IMG/VR virus record: IMGVR_UViG_3300045988_149975
Direction: 5' to 3' (one strand)
Length of the DNA stretch: 64,000 bases
DNA from: a virus
Made by a program: the position numbers and the translations under genes
Shown here: positions 18,009-27,598 of the stretch, piece after piece
How positions within the stretch are numbered: the first letter of the stretch is position 1
Layout: each line of letters begins with the position of its first letter
Notes under the pieces: model-generated
What the model was told of the DNA's origin: nothing
The model's input: the letters and a program-made list of their open reading frames with translations, nothing else
Database searches by the model: none

Positions 18009-18369
18009 TTAAAACCCTGGGAGCATAAGCACGTCCTTCAGTTTTAGCTAATGCTTTTTTAGTTTCATTGACAATCTTACCCATCCTATTAATAGAATTA
18101 TTATCATATCCATTTGCAAGCGGCGTAAGAATATCAATTAAATCTTTAGCTACCCTACGTTCTTTAGAGTATTCATTAATTAACCTACATATTTTAGTCC
18201 GCATTTTTCTATCAGTAGGATAATTAAATTCACAAAAGTGGCGAATATCACCAAAGGCTTTATCTGCTTCATTAACAGTAGTACTACAAATTGAAATATC
18301 GGATTTTGCATCCTTTAAAACTTCATAAAAATCAGAAATAATTTGACAAATCTCTTCTTTTGTTTTCAT
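17974..18369 (-). CDS. hypothetical protein
   Basis: 131-aa ORF preceded by RBS GAGGTGA and a consensus promoter. Confidence 0.45.
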   Translation of the reverse strand: MKTKEEICQIISDFYEVLKDAKSDISICSTTVNEADKAFGDIRHFCEFNYPTDRKMRTKICRLINEYSKERRVAKDLIDILTPLANGYDNNSINRMGKIVNETKKALAKTEGRAYAPRVLNELFEEEQDGN

Positions 18370-18387
18370 ATAATCACCTCAATAATG

Positions 18388-18416
18388 ATTATACCACAAA
18401 ATATCTAAAATGTCAA
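18388..18416 (-). promoter_or_regulatory. consensus sigma-70 promoter (extended -10)
   Basis: Minus strand TTGACA (18411..18416), 17-nt spacer, TGgTATAAT (18388..18396). Confidence 0.5.
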
Positions 18417-19058
18417 TTACTTTACATTTAAAATTTTATGTAATTGTATACCTATCCTGCCCTTTATACTTCCGTCCAGTAAAGTTTTATTTATAAGTTT
18501 TACAGATTCCTCATTGTTATTAACTGGTGAAAGAATTATTTCTGCTTTTGTAGGATATTTCTTCAAAATCTTTTTAGCAAATTCAATATCCCTCTCATTA
18601 TCAATCACAAACTTAACTTCATCATAGGATTTTAATACAGCTAAATTATTATACTTATTAAGCCCTTCTACACCACTACATGGACATTTTATATCCATTA
18701 CATAATTATAGCTTCTTTTATAGTCATCACTATCTATATCTATAAGTCCGCTTGTTTCAATACTTACAATATATGAAAAAGATAAAAGTTCATAAATAAG
18801 CGGGTAAATATCATTCTGTAATAAAGGCTCTCCACCTGTTAAACAAACATATTTATTACCTAATTTACTTACCTCTAACATAATTTTATCCAAACTCATT
18901 AAACTATAATTCTTACCCTCACAAGCATATATTGAATCACAATATCTACAAAATGGCTTTGCAACACATCCATAAAACCTAATAAAAGTAGTAGGATAGC
19001 CCGTATACTTCCCCTCACCTTGTATTGATGAAAAAATTTCAACTACTTTCATTTTCAT
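18417..19058 (-). CDS. queE: 7-carboxy-7-deazaguanine synthase QueE (radical SAM)
   Basis: EIFSSIQGEGKYTGYPTTFIRFYGCVAKPFCRYCDS matches the QueE signature (IFxSIQGEG...FxRxxGCNLxCxxCD). 213 aa. Confidence 0.75.
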   Translation of the reverse strand: MKMKVVEIFSSIQGEGKYTGYPTTFIRFYGCVAKPFCRYCDSIYACEGKNYSLMSLDKIMLEVSKLGNKYVCLTGGEPLLQNDIYPLIYELLSFSYIVSIETSGLIDIDSDDYKRSYNYVMDIKCPCSGVEGLNKYNNLAVLKSYDEVKFVIDNERDIEFAKKILKKYPTKAEIILSPVNNNEESVKLINKTLLDGSIKGRIGIQLHKILNVK

Positions 19059-19422
19059 ACCCCCAATCTAATTTGACAACATCACCATTCTTTCTTCTTC
19101 CAAAATTTCTTGAAAAACTATCGACTAATAAAAAACGTAACTCTTCTTCAGATTTAACTTTAACTTTAAAATATTCCTTTAAATCTAACTTACTATAGTC
19201 ATATTTATTTAATGGTGTAACACGTTCTGCAATATTGCATAAACCAAACGGTAAGGAAACATACAACTTGGTAAGATACTTACTTCTATTCCTGTTTTGC
19301 CATTCATATTTATTCTGTTTTATGCCTTCACCAACTGTACGATAGTATGGAAATTTTAAAACAAAGTTACCTATAATCAATATAAACCTACTACCACCTC
19401 TTGTAGTATAAAACCATTTCAT
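19039..19422 (-). CDS. hypothetical protein
   Basis: 127-aa ORF. No CxxxHGH, so not an obvious QueD. Confidence 0.4.
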   Translation of the reverse strand: MKWFYTTRGGSRFILIIGNFVLKFPYYRTVGEGIKQNKYEWQNRNRSKYLTKLYVSLPFGLCNIAERVTPLNKYDYSKLDLKEYFKVKVKSEEELRFLLVDSFSRNFGRRKNGDVVKLDWGYENESS

Positions 19423-19445
19423 TACCCCAACTCCAAATTGGAAGC

Positions 19446-19477
19446 CTTAAAAAAGAAGCCCCCATAAGAGGGCTTTT
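19446..19477 (-). terminator. rho-independent terminator after the SpoVS-like gene
   Basis: Stem AAGCCC/GGGCTT (19456..19461 and 19470..19475) with an 8-nt loop, followed on the minus strand by CTTTTTTAA. Confidence 0.5.
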
Positions 19478-19757
19478 AATTTAAACTTGTAAATAATTTA
19501 ATCAAAGTGCGTTCTTCACCTTCAACTACAGTAACATCAAATCCTGGGCGCACAACTATATCCCTACCATTTGAAGCAAGAAAACCTCTTGCAACAGCAA
19601 CTGCTTTTACAGCTTGTGATAAACTTGCAGCACCTATACAATGTAATACTACATTTGAAGCTACTGTATTGCCCTCACCTTTAAGAGTTTTAGCAATACA
19701 GCCTGCAAGAGATTTAACATTACTGCTACCACTTACTTTTAATACTACCTCTTTCAT
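19476..19757 (-). CDS. spoVS: SpoVS-family protein (stage V sporulation protein S homologue)
   Basis: Co-linear similarity to SpoVS over 93 aa: LKVSGSSNVKSLAGCIA, IGAASLSQAVKAVAVARGF, VEGEERTLIKL. Confidence 0.7.
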   Translation of the reverse strand: MKEVVLKVSGSSNVKSLAGCIAKTLKGEGNTVASNVVLHCIGAASLSQAVKAVAVARGFLASNGRDIVVRPGFDVTVVEGEERTLIKLFTSLN

Positions 19758-19847
19758 TGCCTTACCTTCCTATATTTTCTGCTTATTTATTATACTTTTA
19801 ATCTACATTTAAAGCCTCAATTATACATATTTATTTCTATACTTTAT

Positions 19848-19875
19848 ATTATAACATATTTTGATAAAAATTCAA
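19848..19875 (-). promoter_or_regulatory. candidate promoter for the SpoVS-like gene
   Basis: Minus strand TTGAAT (19870..19875), 16-nt spacer, TGtTATAAT (19848..19856). Confidence 0.35.
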
Positions 19876-20405
19876 CATTGATTTATAATTTTTTTCTCAT
19901 CAATAATAGAGAAAAAATCATTAAATTTCAACATTACAAAATCTTGTGACTTAAACTTTCCTTTTACCTGACTTTGGTGCATTATAAGTACAGGTATTTT
20001 TCCATTAATGCAATCATTTTCTGCCTGTTTAAACCATTCCTGAACGGAAGTCCATCCATTCTTATGATTTTTAAGTTCTAAATGTAAGAGAAAATTTACA
20101 TTATCAGTATAACATACTACATCTCCTCGCAAAGCATTATTCTCAATTCCCTTTAAATAACCACCACTTGATGCTGTTCTACCGAATTTAAGTAAAGGAA
20201 AAATTTTATTCAACTCATTGACTATTTTCCTTTCAAAATTTGCACCTTTAGTTTTAGAGGATTTACCTAAATTGCTTTTTTTAATTTGTTTTTCTAATTT
20301 CTCTATTTCAGGACTGTCAGGAGCATTTTCTTTCAAGAAAACTAATTTATCTTTTAATAAATCAACCCTACGCATTAAACTTTCCGCTCCTATTACTATC
20401 TTCAA
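19872..20405 (-). CDS. VRR-NUC-type PD-(D/E)xK nuclease
   Basis: C-terminal half reads GDVVCY...FLLHLELKN...SVQEWF, matching the VRR-NUC G-PD...E-K...Q..W pattern. Confidence 0.45.
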   Translation of the reverse strand: MKIVIGAESLMRRVDLLKDKLVFLKENAPDSPEIEKLEKQIKKSNLGKSSKTKGANFERKIVNELNKIFPLLKFGRTASSGGYLKGIENNALRGDVVCYTDNVNFLLHLELKNHKNGWTSVQEWFKQAENDCINGKIPVLIMHQSQVKGKFKSQDFVMLKFNDFFSIIDEKKIINQC

Positions 20406-20844
20406 AATCTTTCAAGCGGCGGGAAAGTTCACGGCTCACAAGGAAAGTACCATCTTCATAAGATTTAAGAATATCACTTAAATAATCATACTTTTCAAGT
20501 GCATATTCCATTGCTTTCCTACTCCCCTCTGCAAAAGAGTCATTGAATACCCTTAACTCTTTTTCTGTTACACTCATTCGTGGAGGACATTCTGAAAATA
20601 CCCTGCATTTCTCTTTATCAAAAATTGATTTAGCTTCCCTATATACCGCCCTTGCATCACTCATAAGTGTTCTTACATACATTCTCTGCTGCACAATAGC
20701 ATTAAGATATTTACTAATATCTGATGTGGATAAAATAGTTAAATCCTTGGGCAATGTAAGATAATCAATTTCTACATTTTTATTATTAAACAATACTACC
20801 CCATCTTCCTGTAATTCTTTCTTAATTCTTTCTATATTTGTCAT
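20368..20844 (-). CDS. hypothetical protein
   Basis: 158-aa ORF. Confidence 0.45.
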   Translation of the reverse strand: MTNIERIKKELQEDGVVLFNNKNVEIDYLTLPKDLTILSTSDISKYLNAIVQQRMYVRTLMSDARAVYREAKSIFDKEKCRVFSECPPRMSVTEKELRVFNDSFAEGSRKAMEYALEKYDYLSDILKSYEDGTFLVSRELSRRLKDFEDSNRSGKFNA

Positions 20845-20852
20845 AACTTACC

Positions 20853-21368
20853 TCACTTATAATTTGTGGAAAACATTATTCCTACTGCTGATGTTTCACC
20901 ATCTGTCATTCCCCAAGCATGGATAGGAGAATGTCCTAACCTCAAAGTTGCTATTCCTGCAACCTTTTTATTAGTAGATATGCCTACACCCACACCCCAT
21001 GTTGGCTCTAAAGGTTTATTATCAATACTTAAATTATACTTACTTTCCTGCTTTAAACTTACATAATCCCTGCCATACTCAAATGTATCTTTATTTTCAG
21101 GCTTTAAGTTAAACCTTTCACCGTTTAATTCTACATCAAAAGTTTGTTTACTATTATAAACTAAATCAGGGTCAGAAGTGTTCTTTTTAGTTTGAACACT
21201 CACTGACGCTGTATTTTCCGTTCTGACAACTTCAGTTACTACAGGGGTACTAACTACCCTTTCTATAACTTTCTCACTTGTAGGTGGATTTATGTGGATA
21301 TAAACGGCATATATAATGCAAACTATTGCTATTATATAAGGTAACGTGTCTTTAATTTTTTCCCACAT
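20853..21368 (-). CDS. membrane-anchored hypothetical protein
   Basis: N-terminal TM helix LPYIIAIVCIIYAVYI. 171 aa. Confidence 0.45.
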   Translation of the reverse strand: MWEKIKDTLPYIIAIVCIIYAVYIHINPPTSEKVIERVVSTPVVTEVVRTENTASVSVQTKKNTSDPDLVYNSKQTFDVELNGERFNLKPENKDTFEYGRDYVSLKQESKYNLSIDNKPLEPTWGVGVGISTNKKVAGIATLRLGHSPIHAWGMTDGETSAVGIMFSTNYK

Positions 21369-21567
21369 TTACTTTATCCTTAAAATTAAAGAATAAACTA
21401 ACAAGCAGGGTATAGAACACTAAATAAAAGAAGTATAAATTAAGCCCTGTAAAATGTGAAGCACCATAAGCTGCTACTACAGTCCACAAACAAGCTGCCA
21501 CATATACAGTTCCTACTACAATAGCCATTAAAAGTACAATAACTAAACCCATAAGTAAATATTTCAT
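21352..21567 (-). CDS. small membrane protein (2 TM)
   Basis: 71 aa, very hydrophobic. Confidence 0.4.
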   Translation of the reverse strand: MKYLLMGLVIVLLMAIVVGTVYVAACLWTVVAAYGASHFTGLNLYFFYLVFYTLLVSLFFNFKDKVNVGKN

Positions 21568-22434
21568 CTAATTTCCCCTTTCACACAAATCTTTAAATGC
21601 ACACCATTTACAATAACGTGTATTATCCTTTTTAGGAATGATTCCTTCTGCTACATACTTATTAATCTCCTTACAACGATTAAGCAAATCACTAATTAAA
21701 TCTCTATCCCATTCAAAGGGAAATTCCTTCAATTCTTGTGTATCTTTACATTCATAAAGAAAAATAATCTTTCTAATAGGTTTAGGATATTCCTCTAAAA
21801 GTTCAAGAGTTTTATCAAAGATTGCCATTTTCTTTTCCAACTTCTGCTCTTTTGTATATTTTCTACCATCCTCTAAAAAACTCTCTAATTTAGTTTTATA
21901 AAGATTTCTTAACCATTCCCCATCACCTAAAAGAACTTTTTTACGCATTTCATCTAAACAATACATATATAAACTTGCTTGAAGTTTATGTTCAGGTTTT
22001 GCATCAGTTAAAGCATTAAAACCGTTACTATTAATACTCTTAATTTCAAGTATTGATAACCTGTCACTATCTTTAAGTAAACCATCTGTATTACCCATTA
22101 CTTCATATTCCACATTAAATACAGGTGCCTCATCAAGTAAAAGTACGCCTGCTTCTTTTAAATAACCTTGTAATCTCTCATGTACAAAAGTGCCATTATT
22201 TAAAATGCGGAGGGAACGTGGGTCATCATTAGCATTAGTCTTTTTAGCAAAACAACGGTTATAATAAGAAGCCCTCATGCAACCTCCTATACCACTTGGA
22301 CTATTCCATCCATGCCCCCTATCCTCTGTTCCGCTATCCTTCATTAAAAGCATATCAATAGCAGGAATTAACAGGCTGTTCTTTGTAAGTGTATTTAAAG
22401 AGGGAACACTTCCTACTACTTTAAACTTCTTCAA
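21568..22434 (-). CDS. Cas4/RecB-like PD-(D/E)xK exonuclease with Fe-S Cys cluster
   Basis: N-terminal Cys (CMRASYYNRC) and C-terminal CKWCAFKDLC cluster characteristic of Cas4-family phage exonucleases. 288 aa. Confidence 0.55.
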   Translation of the reverse strand: MKKFKVVGSVPSLNTLTKNSLLIPAIDMLLMKDSGTEDRGHGWNSPSGIGGCMRASYYNRCFAKKTNANDDPRSLRILNNGTFVHERLQGYLKEAGVLLLDEAPVFNVEYEVMGNTDGLLKDSDRLSILEIKSINSNGFNALTDAKPEHKLQASLYMYCLDEMRKKVLLGDGEWLRNLYKTKLESFLEDGRKYTKEQKLEKKMAIFDKTLELLEEYPKPIRKIIFLYECKDTQELKEFPFEWDRDLISDLLNRCKEINKYVAEGIIPKKDNTRYCKWCAFKDLCERGN

Positions 22435-22880
22435 ATTACTGCTACCTCCTTAAAATCCTCTAATCTTGTTATCTGCCAAACTGCACCACCGTTGAATCTA
22501 TACAAATATAAATACCCCACATCAATATAATTTAAAATATCAGCAGAAAGTTTAGAACTCTCCTTGCAATCTAATACATCACTCTCATTATAGTAATTAT
22601 AAAAATCATAAGCCCTATAAGCAATATAATCTTTATCTTTAACTCTTATTGCAAGTAAGGGTATTCTATTACATTTAAGTGCCTCATTCTCAATCTTGCT
22701 TAAAATCTTCCCCTTTAAAATGTAATAATCTTTTTCAGTTGCTTTACACTCAATTAAATAATCATCTGTTACTACATCACCTTTTGCAAAATATAATGCG
22801 CCTGAAGCTATTACTGTTTTTCCACCTAAACTTTCTGCTATAAATGTTTCATGCTTATTACTTAACTTCTTCGGTTTCAT
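22431..22880 (-). CDS. putative PD-(D/E)xK nuclease / resolvase-like protein
   Basis: DVVTDDYLIECKATEKD fits a D...E-x-K core. Weak call. Confidence 0.3.
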   Translation of the reverse strand: MKPKKLSNKHETFIAESLGGKTVIASGALYFAKGDVVTDDYLIECKATEKDYYILKGKILSKIENEALKCNRIPLLAIRVKDKDYIAYRAYDFYNYYNESDVLDCKESSKLSADILNYIDVGYLYLYRFNGGAVWQITRLEDFKEVAVI

Positions 22881-23190
22881 CTTTCACATCCTCTGGTTTC
22901 CAAAAACAACAAAATGTTCTACCTTCCTCTGTTACCATATCAAAAGGGGTAACAAAAGAATTTTGGCAGATGTCATTTTCGTCATAATATTTACAACTCT
23001 CACACCTTGAAATGAAATGGGCAGCTTTCATTAAGGCTACATAAAGCCTTGTATCATAGCCTACATGAAAATCCAATACCTCACCTCCTTTATTGTAACT
23101 CTTGATAAGCAAATTCACCAAAATATTTGAGTTCACCTGCTCTCCTTGCTTGTTTAGCCTCTTCCTCTGTTGTATAACACCATAGTTCAC
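22858..23190 (-). CDS. hypothetical protein
   Basis: 110-aa ORF with Cys pairs (CESCKYYDENDIC...CCFW). Confidence 0.4.
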   Translation of the reverse strand: MNYGVIQQRKRLNKQGEQVNSNILVNLLIKSYNKGGEVLDFHVGYDTRLYVALMKAAHFISRCESCKYYDENDICQNSFVTPFDMVTEEGRTFCCFWKPEDVKDETEEVK

Positions 23191-24266
23191 ATTCTTTTCA
23201 CAATTTCAGCAAACAATGATTCATTTTCCCTTAAAAGACGGACTAAATTATCTTGACCTTGTGCAAGCATTTGGGAATCCATGTAATACCACGCTCCCTT
23301 ACGCTCTATAATACCTTTAAGAACAGCTAATACAACTAACTCTTTAGCGGTATCAATAGAACCTTTAGGAAGTAATCCATCATCAGTATATAAATCGTAT
23401 TCACCTGTTGTAAAAGCAGCACCTAATTTATTTTTCTGAATTTTCCATTTAATTACACGCCCTACAATTTTAGCATTAGTACCAGTGCCTTCTTTAATGT
23501 AATCGCCTGCCCTTAAACGGATTTCGATACTATTAGTAAACTTTTGGCTATTTCCTCCAGGAACAGTAGTAGGATCACCATAACCACCAATTTTATCCCT
23601 AAATTGATTTATGGATAAGACAGTAGTAGGCAGTTTACCATTCCTCTCCAAAGTATTATTAAAACTTTGAAATTTACCGTGATAAGTCTGTAATTTCAAT
23701 GGTTTAATACCCATTTGAGCAGTATCAGAAATATCTGTTTCAATATACTTTGTGGGTAACATGGCAGCAATAGAATCTATCACAATAAATTCCACACCCG
23801 CTTTTTGCAATTCTACTGCAATATCTAATGCTTGTTCCATACCTTCAGGTTGACAAAATAGTAATTTATCATTATCAATACCATTCTGCGCTCCCCATTC
23901 CTCACTATAACTACCACTTTCAATTTGAATTAAAGCAGCTTGTAGGGGTATATCACCATCATCAGCTACTACCTCATATTCAAAATTGCCTTTAGTTATT
24001 TTCTTCTTATACATATTCTGTACGGCAGCAATGGCTTTATAAGCAAGTAAAGATTTACCACTACTCTCTTGCCCTGCAAGTGTAATATATCGCCCCGAAG
24101 GTAAGCCACCACCTAATGCGTCATTAAGTGATACACTACCTAAAGGAATTTTGAAATTCATTTCATCATTTATATCTGCGCCCTTACGGATGGCATTTAC
24201 GCCAAAGCGTTTGTTTATATCTTTTATTAGTGTATTTATATCTGCCATAATTTCCTCCTTTATCAT
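23187..24266 (-). CDS. RecA/UvsX-like recombinase
   Basis: Walker A GQESSGKS within a RecA-like core (LPSGRYITLAGQESSGKSLLAY). 359 aa. Confidence 0.7.
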   Translation of the reverse strand: MIKEEIMADINTLIKDINKRFGVNAIRKGADINDEMNFKIPLGSVSLNDALGGGLPSGRYITLAGQESSGKSLLAYKAIAAVQNMYKKKITKGNFEYEVVADDGDIPLQAALIQIESGSYSEEWGAQNGIDNDKLLFCQPEGMEQALDIAVELQKAGVEFIVIDSIAAMLPTKYIETDISDTAQMGIKPLKLQTYHGKFQSFNNTLERNGKLPTTVLSINQFRDKIGGYGDPTTVPGGNSQKFTNSIEIRLRAGDYIKEGTGTNAKIVGRVIKWKIQKNKLGAAFTTGEYDLYTDDGLLPKGSIDTAKELVVLAVLKGIIERKGAWYYMDSQMLAQGQDNLVRLLRENESLFAEIVKRM

Positions 24267-26521
24267 TTTGCGGTGTAATAATCCCTACCGTACCCGGTCT
24301 CTGCCTCCAAAGGAATAGTAAGGTGTATTCCTCTGCGTGGCATACAATGGCTCATAATATATTGCATACGCTCCATACACAAGTGTACAAACTCTGTGGG
24401 GCACATCATTACAACCTCATCGTGTACAGAACTTACTTGATATGCGCCAATAGAATTAAGAATTGTATCATTGTCTAAATCTATCTGTGCAAATGCTACT
24501 GCATCAGCAGCACTACCCTGCGAAAGCACATTCACTGCTACTCTTTCAAGATAAGAACGTACCCTCATATCTTCACTATTTATATCCCAAAGATGTCTTT
24601 TATGTCCACCCAAAGTTTTTACATAGCCATTTTCCCTTGCAAACTTTACTGCTGCTTTATCATAAGCGTGTAAACCGCTGAAACCCTCAAAATATTTATC
24701 AATATATCCTTGTGCTTCTTCTTTACTAATCTCAAGGTTTTTAGATACTGCTATACTCGTGCCCCCATAATCCACAGCGAAGCCTATCTTTTTAGCTATC
24801 TGCCTCTTTTCAGGGGCAATCTTTTTAACATCATTAGGGTTTACATCTTTAAGTTCAGGAAAAACCAAAGTAGCTACTGTTCCGTGGGGGTCAAGATTTT
24901 CTACCATCATTTTAATAAGCATTTTATCTTGAGATAAATGTGCTGTTAAAAATTTTTCCAAGGCATGATAATCGGCTGCCACTACTGAATAACCTTCATC
25001 TGCTATAAAAAGTTTTCTTATTTCAAATCTATCCCAAAAATCAAAATAAGTTCTATCTTCACCCTCTTTAGGCTCTTCTAAAGGATGAGGAAGCTGCTGA
25101 AGATTAGGCTGTTGACAAGATAAACGGAAACTATCTGTACCACACAACCCAAAACTACAATGCACTTTACCATCTTCATAAATTAAATCCCAAAGTCCAT
25201 CCATAAAAGCACTTTTTAATTTTACTAACTTCTTATAATCAGTAAGACAATCTATAAATTTATGTGCTTCTTCTGATACTTTTTGGCGTTTTAATTTCTT
25301 TAACTCATCTTTACCTACCTTCGGCGTTTTTAATTCCTCATAGGCATATTGCCCTCCTGCTGTCCATTCTACCACTTTAAAACCAAAATTTCTACTTACA
25401 AAATCTTTATTATAACTTTCCTTAAAGATTACATTTGCCCTTTCAGACATTAACTGTTTCTTATAGCTTAATTTATCTTTTGTCGCCAAATTCTTTGCTA
25501 CTTCATCATACGCTTTTTGCGCACTCTCATTAAGCTGTACAGCTTTCTTTTTAAAACCGAATAATAACTCATAAAGATTTTGTGAACTTGAAGGATTAAA
25601 TTCTACCCCCGCTAAACTATATAGCTTATATTCAAGATTTTTAATCTCTATCTCTGCTTCTTTAGACATTTTCTCTAAAAGCTGTGTATCAATTCTAAAA
25701 CCTTTTCGCTCCATTTTCCACAACACTTTGAGATAAGGAATACGCACTTTATAATAGTAATCTGTCATTCCCTCATTCTTTAAGCCCTCAATAAGCTGCG
25801 GAAACATCTGTTTCATAAACCATACGTCCTCGGCAGAGTATTGTCCACCAATGGGAATCTGTACTTGCATAAAAGCGGCATTAGCATTGGCTTTTATACC
25901 TACTGATAATTTCTCATCATTTGTAACAGTCTTAATAACATCACTATAATGTGACTTTTCTACGCCATAAATCATTTTAGTTACTGCTTCCAAATTCTTT
26001 TCCACAGTTTCATCTATAGTATGAACCATTACCATTGTATCTTCAATAATATTTTTATTAAAAACTTTTACTATATCTATATCCTCATTAGCAATGGCGT
26101 GTAAGTCAAAATCTATATTATGGGCAATATATGTCTTGCCCTCATTTTCCATTATTAATCTCAATCTCTGTGCAAAATTATAGGCATCTACATTGTAATA
26201 TTCCCCTTCAAACTTTGATTTATCAAAATCAGGAAAATATTTAGGATTAAAAAATTTCGGAGGAACAAGTCTAAAACGATTATTCTCTTTATATAATCCT
26301 TCAAAATCATGCCTCACAGGAACATAAAATACATCTTTAGATACTTCATCTTCAAAAGCAAATGTATAACCTACTACATAATCTTTCCCTGTCCATCTTA
26401 CACTTGTCCCTGAAGTTTCAGTATCAAAATATACCATCTTTGCCTTTTCAAATAAAGCAAAAAAGGAGTCTAAAGAATGTTCCTGCACAATACTTAAATT
26501 AAAATATTTTTGGTGAAACAT
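24263..26521 (-). CDS. family A DNA polymerase (3'-5' exonuclease plus polymerase domains)
   Basis: Exo motif HNIDFDLHA. Pol motif A-like ADYHALEKFLTAHLS. Motif B RQIAKKIGFAVDYGGTS. Motif C VHDEVVM. 752 aa. Confidence 0.85.
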   Translation of the reverse strand: MFHQKYFNLSIVQEHSLDSFFALFEKAKMVYFDTETSGTSVRWTGKDYVVGYTFAFEDEVSKDVFYVPVRHDFEGLYKENNRFRLVPPKFFNPKYFPDFDKSKFEGEYYNVDAYNFAQRLRLIMENEGKTYIAHNIDFDLHAIANEDIDIVKVFNKNIIEDTMVMVHTIDETVEKNLEAVTKMIYGVEKSHYSDVIKTVTNDEKLSVGIKANANAAFMQVQIPIGGQYSAEDVWFMKQMFPQLIEGLKNEGMTDYYYKVRIPYLKVLWKMERKGFRIDTQLLEKMSKEAEIEIKNLEYKLYSLAGVEFNPSSSQNLYELLFGFKKKAVQLNESAQKAYDEVAKNLATKDKLSYKKQLMSERANVIFKESYNKDFVSRNFGFKVVEWTAGGQYAYEELKTPKVGKDELKKLKRQKVSEEAHKFIDCLTDYKKLVKLKSAFMDGLWDLIYEDGKVHCSFGLCGTDSFRLSCQQPNLQQLPHPLEEPKEGEDRTYFDFWDRFEIRKLFIADEGYSVVAADYHALEKFLTAHLSQDKMLIKMMVENLDPHGTVATLVFPELKDVNPNDVKKIAPEKRQIAKKIGFAVDYGGTSIAVSKNLEISKEEAQGYIDKYFEGFSGLHAYDKAAVKFARENGYVKTLGGHKRHLWDINSEDMRVRSYLERVAVNVLSQGSAADAVAFAQIDLDNDTILNSIGAYQVSSVHDEVVMMCPTEFVHLCMERMQYIMSHCMPRRGIHLTIPLEAETGYGRDYYTAK

Positions 26522-26807
26522 CTTTACTCTCCTTTACTACTTTCCTATACCTCTCTGTCATACTTGGCACAATGCGAGTTACTTTAGCATATTCTATCTG
26601 TCCTGTAAGCACGTTATGATATTTTTTGGGCTTTGATTCTGCAATATGGTAATCCATAATAGGGTATAACCTAAAACGCTTATATCCGTCTTTAGTTAAA
26701 TCTTCAATAGCGAGTAATACATTATCTACCATCTTTCTTGCCTCATTAAGTGATACATTCTGCATTGTCCCGATTTTCCTTGCAATAATCTCTCTATTTG
26801 CTAACAT
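26499..26807 (-). CDS. hypothetical protein
   Basis: 102-aa ORF. Confidence 0.45.
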   Translation of the reverse strand: MLANREIIARKIGTMQNVSLNEARKMVDNVLLAIEDLTKDGYKRFRLYPIMDYHIAESKPKKYHNVLTGQIEYAKVTRIVPSMTERYRKVVKESKDVSPKIF

Positions 26808-26827
26808 AACATACTCCTTAATAAACT

Positions 26828-26850
26828 AAAGCCCCATTCACAGGGGCTTT
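26828..26850 (-). terminator. intergenic hairpin (weak terminator or attenuator)
   Basis: 7-bp stem AAGCCCC/GGGGCTT (26829..26835 and 26843..26849). The U-tract on the minus strand is weak. Confidence 0.3.
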
Positions 26851-26861
26851 AGTATTATACC

Positions 26862-27587
26862 TTAAAGTCTTTTAAGTCCAGTAGCTTGCTGTACTTCTTT
26901 AGGCTCTTCTACTTCAGTTTCACCATAAGGTACAAACAAATTCTGTAATACACCCATAAAACCTTCAGTCTTTGCAATCTCCTTATATTTTTCAGGCAGT
27001 GATTCAATAATCTTTTCTTTAGCTTCCTCTGTTAAAGGTGCTTTAGACCAGTACAGAGGGTCTTTACCTGCGGGGCAATCATCTACCCTATCAAAGTTAT
27101 AAGGATTTTTCTTACCATTCTTACTTACATAATATGCTCTATCAAGTAAACCATACTTTTCTTTATTACGCTGAATAGCTGCAACATCAGAAGTACCTCT
27201 CACCATTACTCTTACTTGGTCAGTATACTCAATAACTTTACCAGTAGGTACGCCATTTACTACCTCATCTTTTGTAGTTACAGTACCATCAAGTACAAGG
27301 AAGGCAGATTTAATGGAGCGTTTATTAAGTTTACTTGCGTCAAAACTATCAGGCTGCTGACAACCTTTGCAATCAGGTTCACCAGTGCATACAAATACAC
27401 GAGGTACAGTACCTACCTTAATAGTATGGGCGTAAAAAGAAAGCGGCTCATCAGTTAAGAAACGCATAAGTTTCTCTTCCCCATCTTTTACATAAAAATC
27501 ATAAATACCAGTTCTACCTGAATTTGCTTTTGCTTCTTCACTCATTTTATTAACTGCGTCAAAACCTTTTTGAAAAAAACTTTTCAC
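26862..27587 (-). CDS. possible single-stranded-DNA-binding or annealing protein
   Basis: Sits between primase and polymerase. Has a Cys cluster CTGEPDCKGCQQPD. No firm motif; call is mainly positional. Confidence 0.3.
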   Translation of the reverse strand: MKSFFQKGFDAVNKMSEEAKANSGRTGIYDFYVKDGEEKLMRFLTDEPLSFYAHTIKVGTVPRVFVCTGEPDCKGCQQPDSFDASKLNKRSIKSAFLVLDGTVTTKDEVVNGVPTGKVIEYTDQVRVMVRGTSDVAAIQRNKEKYGLLDRAYYVSKNGKKNPYNFDRVDDCPAGKDPLYWSKAPLTEEAKEKIIESLPEKYKEIAKTEGFMGVLQNLFVPYGETEVEEPKEVQQATGLKRL

Positions 27588-27598
27588 TTTACATTCTC

